NCBI GenBank assembly: GCA_963816355.1
Contig: CAWFKH010000003.1
Coordinates: 32,001 to 96,000, forward strand
Reading direction: 5' to 3'
DNA length: 64,000 nt
From: an uncultured Gemmatimonadales bacterium
GTDB taxonomy: Bacteria; Gemmatimonadota; Gemmatimonadetes; Longimicrobiales; RSA9
The notes under the pieces were generated by a model that was given only the letters and a program-made list of their open reading frames with translations, was not told the DNA's origin and did not search any database. Numbering within the stretch: position 1 is the first letter of the stretch; every line of letters starts with the position of its first letter. A program made the translations under genes and the position numbers. Below are positions 10,227 to 24,290 of the stretch, piece after piece.

Positions 10227-11242
10227 GCGCGCGCGGTCCGCGGCCGCGCGGCGCCCCCGCCTCCGCCCCGCGTGGGCGCCGCCGCCTCTCGCCGCTCGTC
10301 GCGCTCGCCCTCCTCGTGCCGCCGGTCTACGCGTGCCGCGGCGAGGGCTCCGCCGGCGGCGCCCCGGCGGAGGCGAGCGCGGCCGACTCGGCGCATGTCG
10401 CGCAGGCCGCGCGGAGCGCCTCGGCCCCGGCCCCGGCGCCGGTGCCGCTGGACGGTGCGGCGTTCCGCGATCCACAGGCCGTCCTCTACGACGCCGACCT
10501 CGACGTCTACTTCGTCAGCAACCGCAACGGCGCCGCGGACTCGGCGGACGACGACGGCTTCATCAGCCGCGTCCGCCCGGACGGAATGGTCGACTCGCTC
10601 CGCTTCATCGTCGGCGGCCGGCACGGCGCGAAGCTGGACGCGCCGCGCGGGATGGCGATCGCGGGAAACACGCTGTGGGTGGCGGACATCACCTGGATCC
10701 GCGGCTTCGACAAGCGCACGGGCCGCGTGCTCGCGAGCTTCGATCTGCGGCCGCAGGGCGCCCGCTCGCTCGCCGGAATGGCCGTTGCCGCGGACGGCGC
10801 TCTCTACATCTCGGACGCGCGCGCGGGGCGCCTGATCCGGCTCGCGCCGACGCTCGGCCGTGGCGTCGCCTTTGCCGGCGGCGGCCTGGGCGTGCCGGAC
10901 GGCCTGCTCTGGGACCCCGGCCGCGGGAAGCTGCTCGTCGCCTCGCGCGACCGTCCCGACATCCTCGCCTTTACGCCGGGCGACTCCGCCGTATCCGTCG
11001 CCGCGCGCGGGCCCGCCTCGGCCGGCGGCTTCGTTGGCCTCGCGCGGCTCGACGACGGGCGCATCGTCGCTGCGAGCTCAGGCGGCGGGCTGTACCTGCT
11101 CGGCGCGGACGGCCGTCTCACCCGCGTCTACGCCGGAGCCGGCGTCGCCGAGCTCGGCGCGGACACGAAGCGGGGCCGCCTTCTGCTGCCGGTCCCCGGC
11201 GAGAACCGCGTGCGCATCCTGGAGATGCCGAAGACGCCCTGA
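10223..11242 (+). CDS. SMP-30/gluconolactonase-like beta-propeller lipoprotein
   Basis: Lipobox-like [41 protein letters not shown] start overlaps the sod stop. Confidence 0.7.
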   Translation: MSARGPRPRGAPASAPRGRRRLSPLVALALLVPPVYACRGEGSAGGAPAEASAADSAHVAQAARSASAPAPAPVPLDGAAFRDPQAVLYDADLDVYFVSNRNGAADSADDDGFISRVRPDGMVDSLRFIVGGRHGAKLDAPRGMAIAGNTLWVADITWIRGFDKRTGRVLASFDLRPQGARSLAGMAVAADGALYISDARAGRLIRLAPTLGRGVAFAGGGLGVPDGLLWDPGRGKLLVASRDRPDILAFTPGDSAVSVAARGPASAGGFVGLARLDDGRIVAASSGGGLYLLGADGRLTRVYAGAGVAELGADTKRGRLLLPVPGENRVRILEMPKTP

Positions 11243-11322
11243 CCGGAGCGGCCTCGAGGCCCCCTCCACGGATCCGGCGGCGCCGTGGCCGCGCGTCGCC
11301 GAACAGCGGGAAGGAATCGATC

Positions 11323-12162
11323 ATGGCCGAAACGCTCCGCCTCATGGGAATTCTCGCTCATCCGGACGACGAATCGCTCGGCGCCGGCGGCACCTTCGCG
11401 AAGTACGCGGACGAAGGCGTCGAAACCTACCTCGTCACCGCGACGCTGGGCCAGCGCGGCCGCTATTTCGACGACAGCGACCGTCCCGACGACGCCGAGG
11501 TCGGCCGCGTCCGAGAGGCCGAGCTGCGGCGTGCGGCCGCGGTCCTCGGCATCCGCGAGGTGTGCCCGCTCGGCTACATGGACGGCTCGCTCGACCGCGT
11601 GGACACGCGAGAAGCGGTCGGCCGCATCGCCGCCCACATCCGCCGCATCCGTCCGCAGGTCGTCCTCACCTTCGACCCGTTCGGCGCCTACGGCCACCCG
11701 GACCACATCGCGGTGTCACAGCTCGCGGGCGCCGCGATCGTCGCCGCCGCCGCCCCGGACGGCGAGCGAGCGCGGCCGCCGGGTGGCGGTGCGGCCGCGG
11801 CCGAAGCGCGACCGCCGCACGCGGTCGCGAAGCTCTACTACATGGCGTGGGGGCCGGAGGCGTGGGCGGCGTACCAGGAGGCGTTCAAGACGCTCGTCAG
11901 CCGCGTGGACGGGGAGGCGCGGCAGGCGTCGCCGTGGCCGGAGTGGTCGATCACGACGCGCGTGGACGCGCGCGCTCACTGGGACACCGTATGGCGCGCG
12001 GTCCGGTGTCACGAGACCCAGATGGCGATCTACCGTCGCCTCGGCGAGCTGACGCCGCGCCACCACGAGGGGCTCTGGGGCGACCAGACCTACTACCGCG
12101 TCTTCAGCACCGTGAACGGCGGGCGGGAAAGGGAGAGCGACCTCTTCGCCGGGCTCCGCTGA
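11323..12162 (+). CDS. PIG-L/LmbE family deacetylase
   Basis: AHPDDE, GAYGHPDH, CHETQ; AAGGA ribosome-binding site. Confidence 0.92.
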   Translation: MAETLRLMGILAHPDDESLGAGGTFAKYADEGVETYLVTATLGQRGRYFDDSDRPDDAEVGRVREAELRRAAAVLGIREVCPLGYMDGSLDRVDTREAVGRIAAHIRRIRPQVVLTFDPFGAYGHPDHIAVSQLAGAAIVAAAAPDGERARPPGGGAAAAEARPPHAVAKLYYMAWGPEAWAAYQEAFKTLVSRVDGEARQASPWPEWSITTRVDARAHWDTVWRAVRCHETQMAIYRRLGELTPRHHEGLWGDQTYYRVFSTVNGGRERESDLFAGLR

Positions 12163-12172
12163 GGGGAAGGTC

Positions 12173-13402
12173 TCAGCGCGCCAGCTCCCGCAGACGCCGC
12201 CCCGCCTCCTCCAGCGTCTGCAGCCGCTTGCAGAAGGCAAAGCGAACGAGCCGGCGCCCGTCCCCTGGATCGTGGAAGAAGCTCGATCCCGGTACGGGCG
12301 CGACGCCGCCCTCCATGCGACCGTCGGCGCCCGCCGCGAGCCAGCGCGAGAAGGCGACGTCGTCCAGGTCGCTGAGCGCCGAGAAGTCCGCCATGACGTA
12401 GTACGCGCCCTGCGGCGCGTCGCAGCGGAAGCCGGCGGCCTGCAGCGCGGGGACGAGCGCGTCGCGACGGGCGCGGTAGTCGTCGGCGAGCCGGCCGTAG
12501 TACGCCTCGCCGATCCCCTCGAGCGCCGCGGCGCACGCCTCCTGCAGCGGCGCGGGGGCGCCCACCGTCAGGAAGTCGTGCACCTTGCGGATCGCGCCGG
12601 TCAGCGCCGCGGGCGCCACGATCCAGCCGACGCGCCAGCCGGTCACGCTGTACGTCTTCGACGCGCCGCTGATCGTGACCGTGCGATCCCGCATGCCGTC
12701 CAGCGTCGCGAGCGGGATGTGGGCGCCGTCGTAGAGGATGTGCTCGTAGATCTCGTCCGTCACGGCGATCGCGTCGTGGCGCCGGCACAGCCCCGCCACC
12801 GTCTCCAGCTCGTCGCGCGTGAACACCCGGCCGGAAGGGTTGTTCGGCGTGTTGAGCACGATCGCGCGCGTGCGCGACGAGAACGCCGCCGCCAGGCGAT
12901 CGAGGTCCGGCCCCGTCCGCGGATCGAGCGGCACGTACACCGGCTTCGCGCCGCACAGCACGGCGTCGGGGCCGTAGTTCTCGTAGAACGGCTCGAAGAC
13001 GATCACCTCGTCGCCCGGATCGACGATCGCGAGCAGCGCGGACGCCATCGCCTCCGTCGCGCCGCACGCCACGGTGATCTCGCGCTCCGGATCCACGTCC
13101 ATGCCGTACCCGCGCGCGTAGCTCGCGGCGAGCGCTCGCCGCAGCCGCGGCGCGCCCCACGTCACGGCGTACTGGTTGACGTCGCCGCGGATCGCCTCGC
13201 ACGCGGCTTCCTTGAGCAGGTCCGGGGCGGGGAAGTCCGGGAATCCCTGGGCGAGGTTGATCGCGCCGTGCTCGGCGGCCACGCGCGTCATCTCGCGGAT
13301 CACCGACTCCGTGAACGTCTCCGTCCGCCGCGCCACGCGTGCGGCGCGCGCGGAGGTCGGCGCGTGCGCGGCAGCGGTCGACGGCGCGTTCCGATCGCTC
13401 AT
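12173..13402 (-). CDS. Class I/II PLP-dependent aminotransferase
   Basis: [42 protein letters not shown]. Confidence 0.93.
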   Translation of the reverse strand: MSDRNAPSTAAAHAPTSARAARVARRTETFTESVIREMTRVAAEHGAINLAQGFPDFPAPDLLKEAACEAIRGDVNQYAVTWGAPRLRRALAASYARGYGMDVDPEREITVACGATEAMASALLAIVDPGDEVIVFEPFYENYGPDAVLCGAKPVYVPLDPRTGPDLDRLAAAFSSRTRAIVLNTPNNPSGRVFTRDELETVAGLCRRHDAIAVTDEIYEHILYDGAHIPLATLDGMRDRTVTISGASKTYSVTGWRVGWIVAPAALTGAIRKVHDFLTVGAPAPLQEACAAALEGIGEAYYGRLADDYRARRDALVPALQAAGFRCDAPQGAYYVMADFSALSDLDDVAFSRWLAAGADGRMEGGVAPVPGSSFFHDPGDGRRLVRFAFCKRLQTLEEAGRRLRELAR

Positions 13403-13479
13403 CGTCGCGCCTCCTCGTGCTGTTGTCCGGTGCCTGTCGCGCCCCGCTCCTCACGCCGGCGGGGCCGCAGCGCGGACGA

Positions 13480-14727
13480 TCACGCCTGCGGCCCTTGCCC
13501 GTCCGCGTCCGGGTGCAGCCCATCCGCGGCGCGGCGGGCTGGGATCGTGAAGGCGAAGACCGTCTCGCCGGAGTCGGGGAACTCCGCCCATACGCGGCCG
13601 CCCGCCGTCGTCAACGCGTCGCGGACGAGCGAGAGCCCCAGTCCGCTCCCCTCGGCGGTGCCGACCCGATCGCCGCGGAAGAAGCGCTCGAAGATACGCT
13701 CCCGCTGCGCCGGCGGCACGCCGCGCCCGTTGTCCGCCACCTCGACGGTGATGCTGCGGCCGGCCGGGGACGAGCCGGCCGCGGCGACGCGGATCTCCAC
13801 CCAGCGATCCTCGCGCGACGGGTCGTGGTACTTGATCGCGTTCGAGAGCAGGTTCGTGATCACCAGCTCGATCAGGGAGGCCTTCACCTCGACTTCCGGC
13901 AGCTCACCGGCGACGCGAACCTGCACGCCGGCGGCCGACGCCATCTCGCGGAGCCGCCGCACGCTCTCCTCGATCGCGTGGCGCAGGTGCACGTTGCGGT
14001 GCGAGCGCGTGTCGCGGTCCGTGCGCGACAGCTCGATCAGATCGTCCACCAGGCGGCGCATCCGCTCCGCGTTCTCGGCGATCATCCGGACGAAGCGCTC
14101 GCGCTCCTCGGGCACCGCGACCACGAACTCCTCCGACAGCATGTGCGCGGCGCCGAGGATCGCGCCGATCTCGTTCCGGACCTCGTGCGACAGGGCGCGG
14201 TTGAAGCTGCGCAGCCGGTCCTCCCGCTCTCCGATCACCCGTTCGGCGTGATCGAGGAATTCCGTCATCGTCTCGCGCTGGACGACCGCCACCGCGTGGA
14301 ACAGGCGGTCGGCCGCTTCGGTCAAGTGGGGCGCGCTGTCGACGTGCTCCTCCGCGTGAGCGCCGAGCGCCTGGAAGAGGACCGCGCCGAGGATCTCGTA
14401 CTCCCACAGGATCTGCCGCGCGTCGAACCCCTGCTCGTGACGCATCCGCCCCAGCTCCCGCGCCTTCGACACCACCGGCGTGTCGGCGGCGAGCTCGTTG
14501 CTGTGGTCGGCCACGTAGTCCCCCATCCGCTCGACGAGCATCGGGATGTGGTCGAGCAGGTCCTCGGACGGAAAGACCAGCGCGGGATCGAGCGTGATCC
14601 GATGCGCGATGCGCTCCAGCCAGCGCTGCACCAGGTCCTCGCTGCGCCCGCGCAGGGCGGCGGCGAAGGTCCGCAGCGCGGCGGCCTGGGCGTTCTTCGG
14701 CATCAAGGAATCGGCGTCCGGCGTCAT
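13480..14727 (-). CDS. Sensor histidine kinase with an N-terminal RsbRD-N-like helical domain
   Basis: H-box SHEVRN, N-box [10 protein letters not shown]1 DNGRG, F-box FERF, G2 GSGLGL; no transmembrane segment. Confidence 0.88.
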   Translation of the reverse strand: MTPDADSLMPKNAQAAALRTFAAALRGRSEDLVQRWLERIAHRITLDPALVFPSEDLLDHIPMLVERMGDYVADHSNELAADTPVVSKARELGRMRHEQGFDARQILWEYEILGAVLFQALGAHAEEHVDSAPHLTEAADRLFHAVAVVQRETMTEFLDHAERVIGEREDRLRSFNRALSHEVRNEIGAILGAAHMLSEEFVVAVPEERERFVRMIAENAERMRRLVDDLIELSRTDRDTRSHRNVHLRHAIEESVRRLREMASAAGVQVRVAGELPEVEVKASLIELVITNLLSNAIKYHDPSREDRWVEIRVAAAGSSPAGRSITVEVADNGRGVPPAQRERIFERFFRGDRVGTAEGSGLGLSLVRDALTTAGGRVWAEFPDSGETVFAFTIPARRAADGLHPDADGQGPQA

Positions 14728-14793
14728 CGCTCTCCCGGGGCGCGCTTCGCTTCCGTCGCGAACGTGGTTCACGCGGCGTCGTTTCGAGCGCTT

Positions 14794-14809
14794 TGCAGGA
14801 GTCGGGCCA
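14794..14809 (-). promoter_or_regulatory. Putative sigma54 promoter for the kinase
   Basis: Minus strand TGGCCCGACTCCTGCA (TGGC..GG-N10-GC). Confidence 0.45.
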
Positions 14810-14901
14810 GCGGCGGGAGCGCGCGGTTTTGCATCTGCCGCGCGAGGGCGCATCTTGAGTCCCTGGGCAGCATCGCCGAACCCGCAACGGAACGAACCGC
14901 C

Positions 14902-17643
<2,742 letters not shown>

Positions 17644-17831
17644 GCCGCGCGGCGGGATGCGTCCTCTCCGCGGGACGCCGGTGTGACCTTTCGAGGGGGC
17701 GGCGCGGCCGATCCTGGCGCCGCCATCGTCGCTACAACGTGTTACGTGACAACGACTTGTGTCGTGCATCCCCCGCCGGCACGGATCCGGCCTCCTCCAT
17801 CCGCGAAACACCATCTCAGAAGGAGGCCCCG

Positions 17832-18428
17832 ATGCTCAAGCCTGGACTCCCGTTTTCCGCGGCGCTGCTGCTCGGCGCCCTCGCGATCCCCGCCGCCCTC
17901 GCCGTGCCCGCCCCGGCGTCGGCTCAGATCTTCTCGCGCGGAAGCCGCGACGACCGCGCGGCCTGCGAGAGCCGCTACCGCCGCAGCGCGATCCGCCTGC
18001 GCGCCCAGGAGCGGCAGTGGTCGCTCCGGCACGCCCGCGCCCGCGGCGCCGAGAACCGCGCCGCCCGGCAGCGTTTCCGCGCCGCCGAGCTGCGGCTGCG
18101 ACGGGACTACTCCCGCTGCGTGGCGCGCGTCGCTCGACGGGGCGGCCGCAACGACCGGAACGGGCGCTACGACCGGAACGGGCGCTACGACGGCTCGCGC
18201 GACCGTCCGGACCGCTACGGCCGGAATGGCCGCTACGACGCGCGTTCGCGACCGGGCGAGGCGCGGCTGGAGAGCCGGTCGGGGCGCGTGGAGCGGAGAG
18301 AGGACCGCGTCGAGCGGCGGCGCGACGAGCGCGGCGGGCGTGACGACGGCGGGAAAGTGGAGGGTCGGCGCGACGGCCGGGGCGGCGGGGATGCGCGTCA
18401 GGGCGATCGTGGGGACGACCGCCGCTGA
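17832..18428 (+). CDS. Hypothetical secreted Arg/Asp/Gly-rich protein with (DRNGRY)n repeats
   Basis: AAGGAGG ribosome-binding site, signal peptide ending ASA-Q, two Cys, low-complexity tail. Confidence 0.7.
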   Translation: MLKPGLPFSAALLLGALAIPAALAVPAPASAQIFSRGSRDDRAACESRYRRSAIRLRAQERQWSLRHARARGAENRAARQRFRAAELRLRRDYSRCVARVARRGGRNDRNGRYDRNGRYDGSRDRPDRYGRNGRYDARSRPGEARLESRSGRVERREDRVERRRDERGGRDDGGKVEGRRDGRGGGDARQGDRGDDRR

Positions 18429-18449
18429 CGCGTCACCCGCGCGGCGGGA

Positions 18450-19475
18450 TTACGACGTCGCGGCAGCGCGGCCGTTGCCGGAAGCCTTCCCGGCGACCGC
18501 TTCGGCCGCGTCCGCGGCGGCCTGGGCGGCGGATGCGGCGCGCCGGCCGGCGGAGTCGCGCGCGTGCGCGGCGGCGGCGGAGGCGCGGTGTGCGGCGGCG
18601 GAGGCCCGGGCGGCGGCGGCGGACGCGCAAGCGGCGGCGGACGCGGCGTGCTCGCGCGCGGTGCTGGCGGCGCGGCCGGCGCTCTCGCTGGCGCTCGAGT
18701 AGTAGCGTGCGGCGAAGTCGCGGGCGTTGAGGGTGCGGGCGTAGACGACGCGCGCGAGCTTCGTCATCGTGAGGAGCTTGATGTAGATCCAGCCGATGTC
18801 GAACTCGTACCAGCGGGCGCGGAACTTGGCGGATCGGGGATCGGCGTGGTGGTTGTTGTGGAGCTCCTCGCCGCCGATGAAGATGCCGATCGGCAGGATG
18901 TTACGGCTCTCGTCCTTGGTGGCGAAGTTGCGGTAGCCGAGCGCGTGGCCGATGCCGTTGACGATGTTGCCGAAGATCGGCAGCCATACGGTCATCGCGC
19001 TCCACACGAGCAGCCCGATCCACGGCCCGAACAGAAGGAAGTCCAGGACGAACATGATCGCGAGGCCGAGCCACGAGTACCGCGAGTAGAGGTGGCGCTC
19101 GACGGCGTCGTCGGGACACCCCTTGCCGTACTTCTCGAGCATCTCCTCGTCCTTGACGGCGCGGCGGTAGAAGAAGACGCCGCCGAGGACGATCTCCCAC
19201 AGCCCCTCGACCGCCGGCGAATGCGGATCCCCTTCGCGATCCGAGAAGGCGTGGTGCTTCCGGTGGACGGCGACCCACTCGCGGGTCTTCATGCCGGTGG
19301 TCAGCCACAGCCAGAACCGGAAGAAGTGCTCGGCGATCGGGTGGTAGCGGACGCCGCCGTGCGTCGCTCCGCGGTGCAGATAGAGCGTCGTCGCCGTATT
19401 CGATATATGGCCGACGACCGCCACCCACAGCAGCGGCACCCACCACGGATGCGCGAGAAATCCCGGTTCGGGCAT
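18450..19475 (-). CDS. Acyl-lipid (delta-9-type) fatty acid desaturase
   Basis: His boxes LHRGATH, HRKHH, GEELHNNHH; Ala-rich C-terminal tail. Confidence 0.92.
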   Translation of the reverse strand: MPEPGFLAHPWWVPLLWVAVVGHISNTATTLYLHRGATHGGVRYHPIAEHFFRFWLWLTTGMKTREWVAVHRKHHAFSDREGDPHSPAVEGLWEIVLGGVFFYRRAVKDEEMLEKYGKGCPDDAVERHLYSRYSWLGLAIMFVLDFLLFGPWIGLLVWSAMTVWLPIFGNIVNGIGHALGYRNFATKDESRNILPIGIFIGGEELHNNHHADPRSAKFRARWYEFDIGWIYIKLLTMTKLARVVYARTLNARDFAARYYSSASESAGRAASTAREHAASAAACASAAAARASAAAHRASAAAAHARDSAGRRAASAAQAAADAAEAVAGKASGNGRAAATS

Positions 19476-19614
19476 AACCTACTCCTGTCAGCGGGGAAGC
19501 ATCGGAGCCGAGCGAGCGCCGCGGACGACGCGGCGCGTGACGGGACTTAAAGGTCGCCGTTTCCGGAGTATGACGCAAGCCGCAGGCCTCGGTGACGTCC
19601 CCGTCGCTCCTGCC

Positions 19615-20754
19615 TCACCAGCCCTTCGCGGCCACCTCCCAGCGGTCGACCACCGCATCGCCGCGCACCGCGTACAGCACCGGCTGCAGGTTGACCGAGA
19701 CGCACACGTGGTTCGGCACGATGCGGACGCGGTCGCCGACGCGCGGCCGCCAGTCGCCGCCGCGCAGGTCGAGGATGCCGTGTTCCTCCGATGTGGCGCG
19801 GACCACGACTTCCGGCCGGTCGAGCAGCGCTCCAAGCCCGGCCGTGGGGCCCTCGCGGCCGTCCGCCGTGCGGATTCGGGCATCGGTCGGCGCGCGGATC
19901 TCCTCGCGCGAGAGCGCCTTCGATCCCGCGTCCACGACCGCCTGCCCGGGTACCGCGGTGCTGATCACCGTCGCGAGGATCGTGTAGGCGCAATCCTCCC
20001 ACCGACAGGCATCGAGCGCCGCCGTCGTGCGGTCGTTGAAGATGTAGGTGCCGGGGCGGATCTCCGTGACGCCGTGCAGGCGGTGGGACTGGAAGGCCGT
20101 CGGCGTGGAGCCTCCGCTCACGACCTCGGGCTCGAGGCCGGCATCGATCAGCGCGGCGAGGCGTGCGTCGAGATCCTGCTGCAGCCGCGCCAACGCGGGA
20201 CCCTGCGCCGCCACCAGCTCGCGGATGTGCCCGGGGTAGAACAGCACGCCGCGAAACCGGAGCGCATCGAGGCGGCTGGCTTCTCGTGCGAGGCGCACGA
20301 GCGCGGCGGCGTCGGCAACGCCCATGCGGCCCATGCCGACGTCGGCCTCCAGGAGGACGGCCACGTCGCGTCCGGCCGACACGGCCGCGTCCGAGAGCGC
20401 CAGCAGCGCCGCTTCCGAGTCGACCGCCACGCTCACGTCGCGGTCCGCAGGCAGCCGGTGCAGCGCGGCACGGCGGCCGCCGCCGAGCACCGGGTAGGCG
20501 ATCAGGATGTCGTGCGCGACGGTCCCCATCACCTGCGCCTCGGGGCCGGTCGCCACGGTCACGCCCACGGCGCCGCGGCGTAGCTGCTCGCGCGCCAGCA
20601 GCGGGTTCTTGTGGGTCTTCGTGTGGGGGCGCAGCGCCAGCCCGTGCTCCGCGGTGTAGGCGGCCATGCGGTCCAGGTTCGCCGTCATGAGGTCGACGTC
20701 CACGAGCGCAGCCGGCGTGGGCAACGCATCGACGCTGCGCGCGTCCTCACGCAC
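19615..20754 (-). CDS. Fold-type III PLP enzyme (D-threonine aldolase/D-serine dehydratase family)
   Basis: TPAALVD, RPHTKTHK, SGGSTP, EIRPGTY, DAGSKAL, SEEHG, PNHVC. Confidence 0.9.
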   Translation of the reverse strand: MREDARSVDALPTPAALVDVDLMTANLDRMAAYTAEHGLALRPHTKTHKNPLLAREQLRRGAVGVTVATGPEAQVMGTVAHDILIAYPVLGGGRRAALHRLPADRDVSVAVDSEAALLALSDAAVSAGRDVAVLLEADVGMGRMGVADAAALVRLAREASRLDALRFRGVLFYPGHIRELVAAQGPALARLQQDLDARLAALIDAGLEPEVVSGGSTPTAFQSHRLHGVTEIRPGTYIFNDRTTAALDACRWEDCAYTILATVISTAVPGQAVVDAGSKALSREEIRAPTDARIRTADGREGPTAGLGALLDRPEVVVRATSEEHGILDLRGGDWRPRVGDRVRIVPNHVCVSVNLQPVLYAVRGDAVVDRWEVAAKGW

Positions 20755-22363
20755 GGTCCGCTTCCGTCCGGTCCCCGTCCGTCGCTCCGGTCGAGCGCAG
20801 CGCCCCCGCCACGCGCTCCACCAGCGTCCGCGGCGTGAACGGCTTCTCGATCAACCGGGCGCCGGGTGGCAGGACGCCGCGCTCGGCCACTTCCTCGGAG
20901 GTCTGGCCGCTGGTGAAGAGGACCGGCGTGGTGGGACGGAGCACCGCGAGCCGCCGCGCCAGCTCGGGACCTCCCATCAGCGGCATCAGAATGTCCGTCA
21001 CCACGAGGTCGAACACGCCGGCGTGCGACTCCACGATGCGGAGCGCATCCTCCCCGTTCTCCGCTTCCACGACGTGCACGCCGGCGGCCTCCATCGCGCG
21101 GCGCGCGAAGGTCCGGACGCTCGCGTCGTCGTCGACCAGCAGGACGAGGCGGTCGGCGAAATCCGGCAGCGGAAGGGGCGCGGTCGCGTCGCCCGCGTCG
21201 TCGCCTTCGTCCGGCGCCGCAGGGCGTATATCGGTGTCGCGGGGCAGGTAGATCTTGAAGGTGGTGCCCGCACCGGGCTCGCTGTACACCCAGACATGGC
21301 CGCCCGCCTGCTTCACGATCTGGTAGACGGTGCTCAGGCCGAGGCCCGTCCCCTTGCCCTTCTCCTTCGTCGTGAAGAACGGCTCGAAGATCCGCTCGCG
21401 CACCGAAGCGGGCATGCCGACGCCGGTGTCGCTCACGCTCAGGCGGATGTAGCCGGCGGCGTGGGCGCCGGACGGGAGTCGTGCCGCCGTCGTATCCTCG
21501 CGGTCGACGCCGTCGGCGCGAATGTGGATGCGGCCGCCCTCCGGCATCGCGTCGCGCGCGTTCACGACGAGGTTGACGAGCACCTGCTCGAGCAGGCCGC
21601 GGTCTGCGTGCACCGGGAGCGGAGCGTCGGCGAACGAGGTCTCGATCATCACGTCCGCCCCCACCAATCGTTTCAGCATCCGCTCGAGGTCGCGCACCAG
21701 GTCGGTGGCGTCGAGCCGCTGCGGCCGCGCGGTCTGCTTGCGGCTGAAGGTGAGCAGCCGGCGAACGAGGTCGGCGGCGCGGTCGGCGGCGCGAACGACT
21801 TCCTCGAGGTCCGCCCGCAACGCCGCGTCGCCGACCTCCTCGAGCACCATGAGCGTGTAGCCGCGGATCGCCGTGAGGATGTTGTTGAAGTCGTGCGCGA
21901 CGCCGCCGGCGAGGCGGCCCACGGCCTCCATCTTCTGCGCGTGGCGGAGCTGCTCGGCCAGCGAGCGCTCCTGGGTGACGTCGCGGCTGTTGACGATGAT
22001 CCCGCCCACAGCCGGGTCCGCGATCGCGTTCGTCCACGTGCAGTCGAGCAGGCGCCAGGCGCCGTCGCGGTGCCGGAACCGCAGCTCGCCGCGCCGCACC
22101 CGGCCCGCCTTCGCCGCGACCTCCGCCAGGATCGACTCCCGGTGCTCCCGCTCGTCCGGGTGGTACAGCTCCGGCGCCCTGCGGCCGATCAGCTCAGCCG
22201 CGCGGTACCCGAGCACCGGCTCGACCGCGGGGCTCACGTAGCGGATCACGCCGGCATCGTCGACAATCGCCATCATCTCGGTGGCGTGCGCCAGCAGCGC
22301 TACGTAGCGGGCGACGCTATGGCGGAGCGCCTCCGGCGTGGCCACGGTCTGGTCAGCGTCCAC
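20747..22363 (-). CDS. PAS-domain hybrid histidine kinase/response regulator (CckA-like)
   Basis: PAS domain; [42 protein letters not shown]; receiver LVDDD..TDILMP; GTG start with GGGAGG ribosome-binding site. Confidence 0.92.
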   Translation of the reverse strand: MDADQTVATPEALRHSVARYVALLAHATEMMAIVDDAGVIRYVSPAVEPVLGYRAAELIGRRAPELYHPDEREHRESILAEVAAKAGRVRRGELRFRHRDGAWRLLDCTWTNAIADPAVGGIIVNSRDVTQERSLAEQLRHAQKMEAVGRLAGGVAHDFNNILTAIRGYTLMVLEEVGDAALRADLEEVVRAADRAADLVRRLLTFSRKQTARPQRLDATDLVRDLERMLKRLVGADVMIETSFADAPLPVHADRGLLEQVLVNLVVNARDAMPEGGRIHIRADGVDREDTTAARLPSGAHAAGYIRLSVSDTGVGMPASVRERIFEPFFTTKEKGKGTGLGLSTVYQIVKQAGGHVWVYSEPGAGTTFKIYLPRDTDIRPAAPDEGDDAGDATAPLPLPDFADRLVLLVDDDASVRTFARRAMEAAGVHVVEAENGEDALRIVESHAGVFDLVVTDILMPLMGGPELARRLAVLRPTTPVLFTSGQTSEEVAERGVLPPGARLIEKPFTPRTLVERVAGALRSTGATDGDRTEADRA

Positions 22364-22609
22364 CGACCTCCCTTCGCGCCCCTCCGGGTCCGGTCCGGCC
22401 AAGATCGATCCTGTCTCGGGTCACGGTGGAGGTGCGCCGCGGCGGTTCGGCGTGCGCTAACGGAAGTGCACAGCGCAAGATATGGCAGAGGTGCCAAGTT
22501 GAGAATCGAGGCGCGACGGCCTTTGCGCAAGGGCAGCGCGGTGGTGCTCCGCCGGTTGCACCCGCCGCCGCCTCTGCGCGATATTGCACCGGCCGGCTCG
22601 ACCGGCATC

Positions 22610-22682
<73 letters not shown>

Positions 22683-22705
22683 CTCGGGACGCGGGCCCTC
22701 CTCCG

Positions 22706-23161
22706 TCAAGCGCCGGCGGCCGCCGAGGTGAGGTCGGAGGTGCAGTGGGCGCAGCGCGTCGCGCCGATCGGGATGCGGAAGCGACAGTAGGGGCACTCCT
22801 TCTCGGTCGGCGCGGCGGGCGCCGACACCTTCGGGCGCCGCAGCCGGTTGTACGAACGCACGAGGAGGAAGACGGTGAACGCGACGATCAGGAAGCTGAT
22901 CAAGTTGTTGATGAAGACGCCGTAGTTGATCGTGGGCGCGCCGGCGGCGGTCGCGTCCGCGAGCGAGGCGTACGGCTGCCCGGAGAGGTTGATGTAGAGC
23001 TCGGAGAAGTCGACGCCGCCGGTCGCCAGCCCGATCGGCGGCATGATCACGTCCTTCACCAGGGAGTTCACCACGGACGTGAAGGCGGCGCCGATCACGA
23101 TCCCGACGGCGAGATCGAAGACGCTGCCGCGCGCAATGAATTCCTTGAATTCCTTGAACAT
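22706..23161 (-). CDS. mscL: Large-conductance mechanosensitive channel with a C-terminal CxxC..CxxC ribbon
   Basis: MFKEFKEFIARGSVFDLAVGIVIGAAF, INYGVFIN; KECPYC..RCAHC. Confidence 0.95.
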   Translation of the reverse strand: MFKEFKEFIARGSVFDLAVGIVIGAAFTSVVNSLVKDVIMPPIGLATGGVDFSELYINLSGQPYASLADATAAGAPTINYGVFINNLISFLIVAFTVFLLVRSYNRLRRPKVSAPAAPTEKECPYCRFRIPIGATRCAHCTSDLTSAAAGA

Positions 23162-23371
23162 GTCGTGCCCCTCCGCGGTAGACCCATGTCGGTGCGACGG
23201 ATGCCACGTACAGGATGCTCCATGTGCGTCGCGACATCAACGTTGTCGTGGCCGCGCTCGCGGTCGCTGTCACGTCCCGCGGCGATCGGGCGTTCGTCGG
23301 AAGAGGGGACGCGCCGCCCTTCGGGCGGTGAGTCGTCGGCCCGCGCGGGCGCGCCGGCGCCTCGCGGGCGC

Positions 23372-23387
23372 GGGCACACGGCTTGCC
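23372..23387 (+). promoter_or_regulatory. Putative sigma54 promoter
   Basis: GGGCACACGGCTTGCC matches GGCAC-N5-TTGC. Confidence 0.6.
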
Positions 23388-23397
23388 AGTATCTCAT

Positions 23398-23452
23398 TGC
23401 CAGGAGAGGGGGCGGAGCCGAGCCGACGTGGGTGCTTCGCCCCCTCTCGGCA
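23398..23452 (+). other. Long stem-loop at the predicted transcript 5' end
   Basis: GAGAGGGGGCGGAGC pairs with GCTTCGCCCCCTCTC (15 bp, one G-U); outer TGCC/GGCA pair. Confidence 0.7.
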
Positions 23453-23534
23453 GTCCGCCTGCCGACATTCGCCGATCACGGCTGATCCCCGGCGCGTTCG
23501 CCCCGTCCCGGGGACGAGGAGGATAGGAGTCGTT

Positions 23535-23801
23535 ATGTTGTTGTCGTTGGCCGTCGCCCTCACCCTGCTCGCGATGATCTTCCTTCTGGTGCTTCGCTCG
23601 CTGCCCGATGGACGCTCCTGTCCCGCGTGCGGATCGACCCCGCTGCGGAGGAGCACGTTCGGCCCGCCCGGCGGCGTCCGTCGTCGCGCGCTGGCGGGCC
23701 TCGTGGACCGGGGCCACTGCGCCGGCTGCGGCTGGCGCGGCCCGGTGCGGCGCGGGCCGCACGCGCAGCGCGTGCCGCGGAGCCGGGGGAGGATGCCATG
23801 A
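23535..23801 (+). CDS. Small membrane-anchored zinc-ribbon protein
   Basis: AGGAG ribosome-binding site, N-terminal transmembrane segment, CPAC...CAGCGW. Confidence 0.65.
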   Translation: MLLSLAVALTLLAMIFLLVLRSLPDGRSCPACGSTPLRRSTFGPPGGVRRRALAGLVDRGHCAGCGWRGPVRRGPHAQRVPRSRGRMP

Positions 23802-24127
23802 TCACCAACGCCCTCCGTTTCGTGCTGCTCTCCTTCGCCCTCGTGGCGTACGCCGGCGCGGGCGCGTCGGCGGCGGTGATCCGGCAGCGCTGGCTGGCCG
23901 ATGGTGAGACCGACTGGGGGCTGGCGGGGGTCGCCTCGCTGCTGTTCACCTTCGCCGCGCTTTGCACCGCGCTCGGCGCAGGCTGGAGCGGCGTGCTCGC
24001 GTTCGGCGGCGTCGCTCTGTTCACCGCCTATGTCTCGATGGCGCGGCACATCGGCCTCTTCGAGGTGGAAGCGGGCTCCGCGGATGCGCTGGCGCAGCCC
24101 GCCGAAGAGCCCCGCCAGCCGAAGTAG
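23798..24127 (+). CDS. Small hypothetical membrane protein (about 3 transmembrane segments)
   Basis: ATGA overlap with the upstream gene; hydrophobic segments. Confidence 0.7.
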   Translation: MITNALRFVLLSFALVAYAGAGASAAVIRQRWLADGETDWGLAGVASLLFTFAALCTALGAGWSGVLAFGGVALFTAYVSMARHIGLFEVEAGSADALAQPAEEPRQPK

Positions 24128-24290
24128 CCCGCCCTCTCCTCTCGCCGGGACCCGCCCGGCGCCGGCCCGCGCGCCCCCGTCGCAGGTATGCTTCCGCCCG
24201 CCGCGACGGTGGCGTCCGCCCGCGGCCTCCGGTAATTTCCACTTCCCGCGTGCGGGAGACGATCACGTGACAGAGGCGGTGGGCCGCGGC

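Noticed and set aside
22706..22800. MscL zinc-ribbon tail as a novelty
   Set aside because: This C-terminal CxxC..CxxC extension is common among MscL homologs.
23290..23340. c-di-GMP-I riboswitch or UUCG-tetraloop RNA
   Set aside because: Only a GGGACGC fragment matches and the GGCAAAC and GAAA elements are missing; the best pairing (CCGCCC/GGGCGG) gives a triloop.
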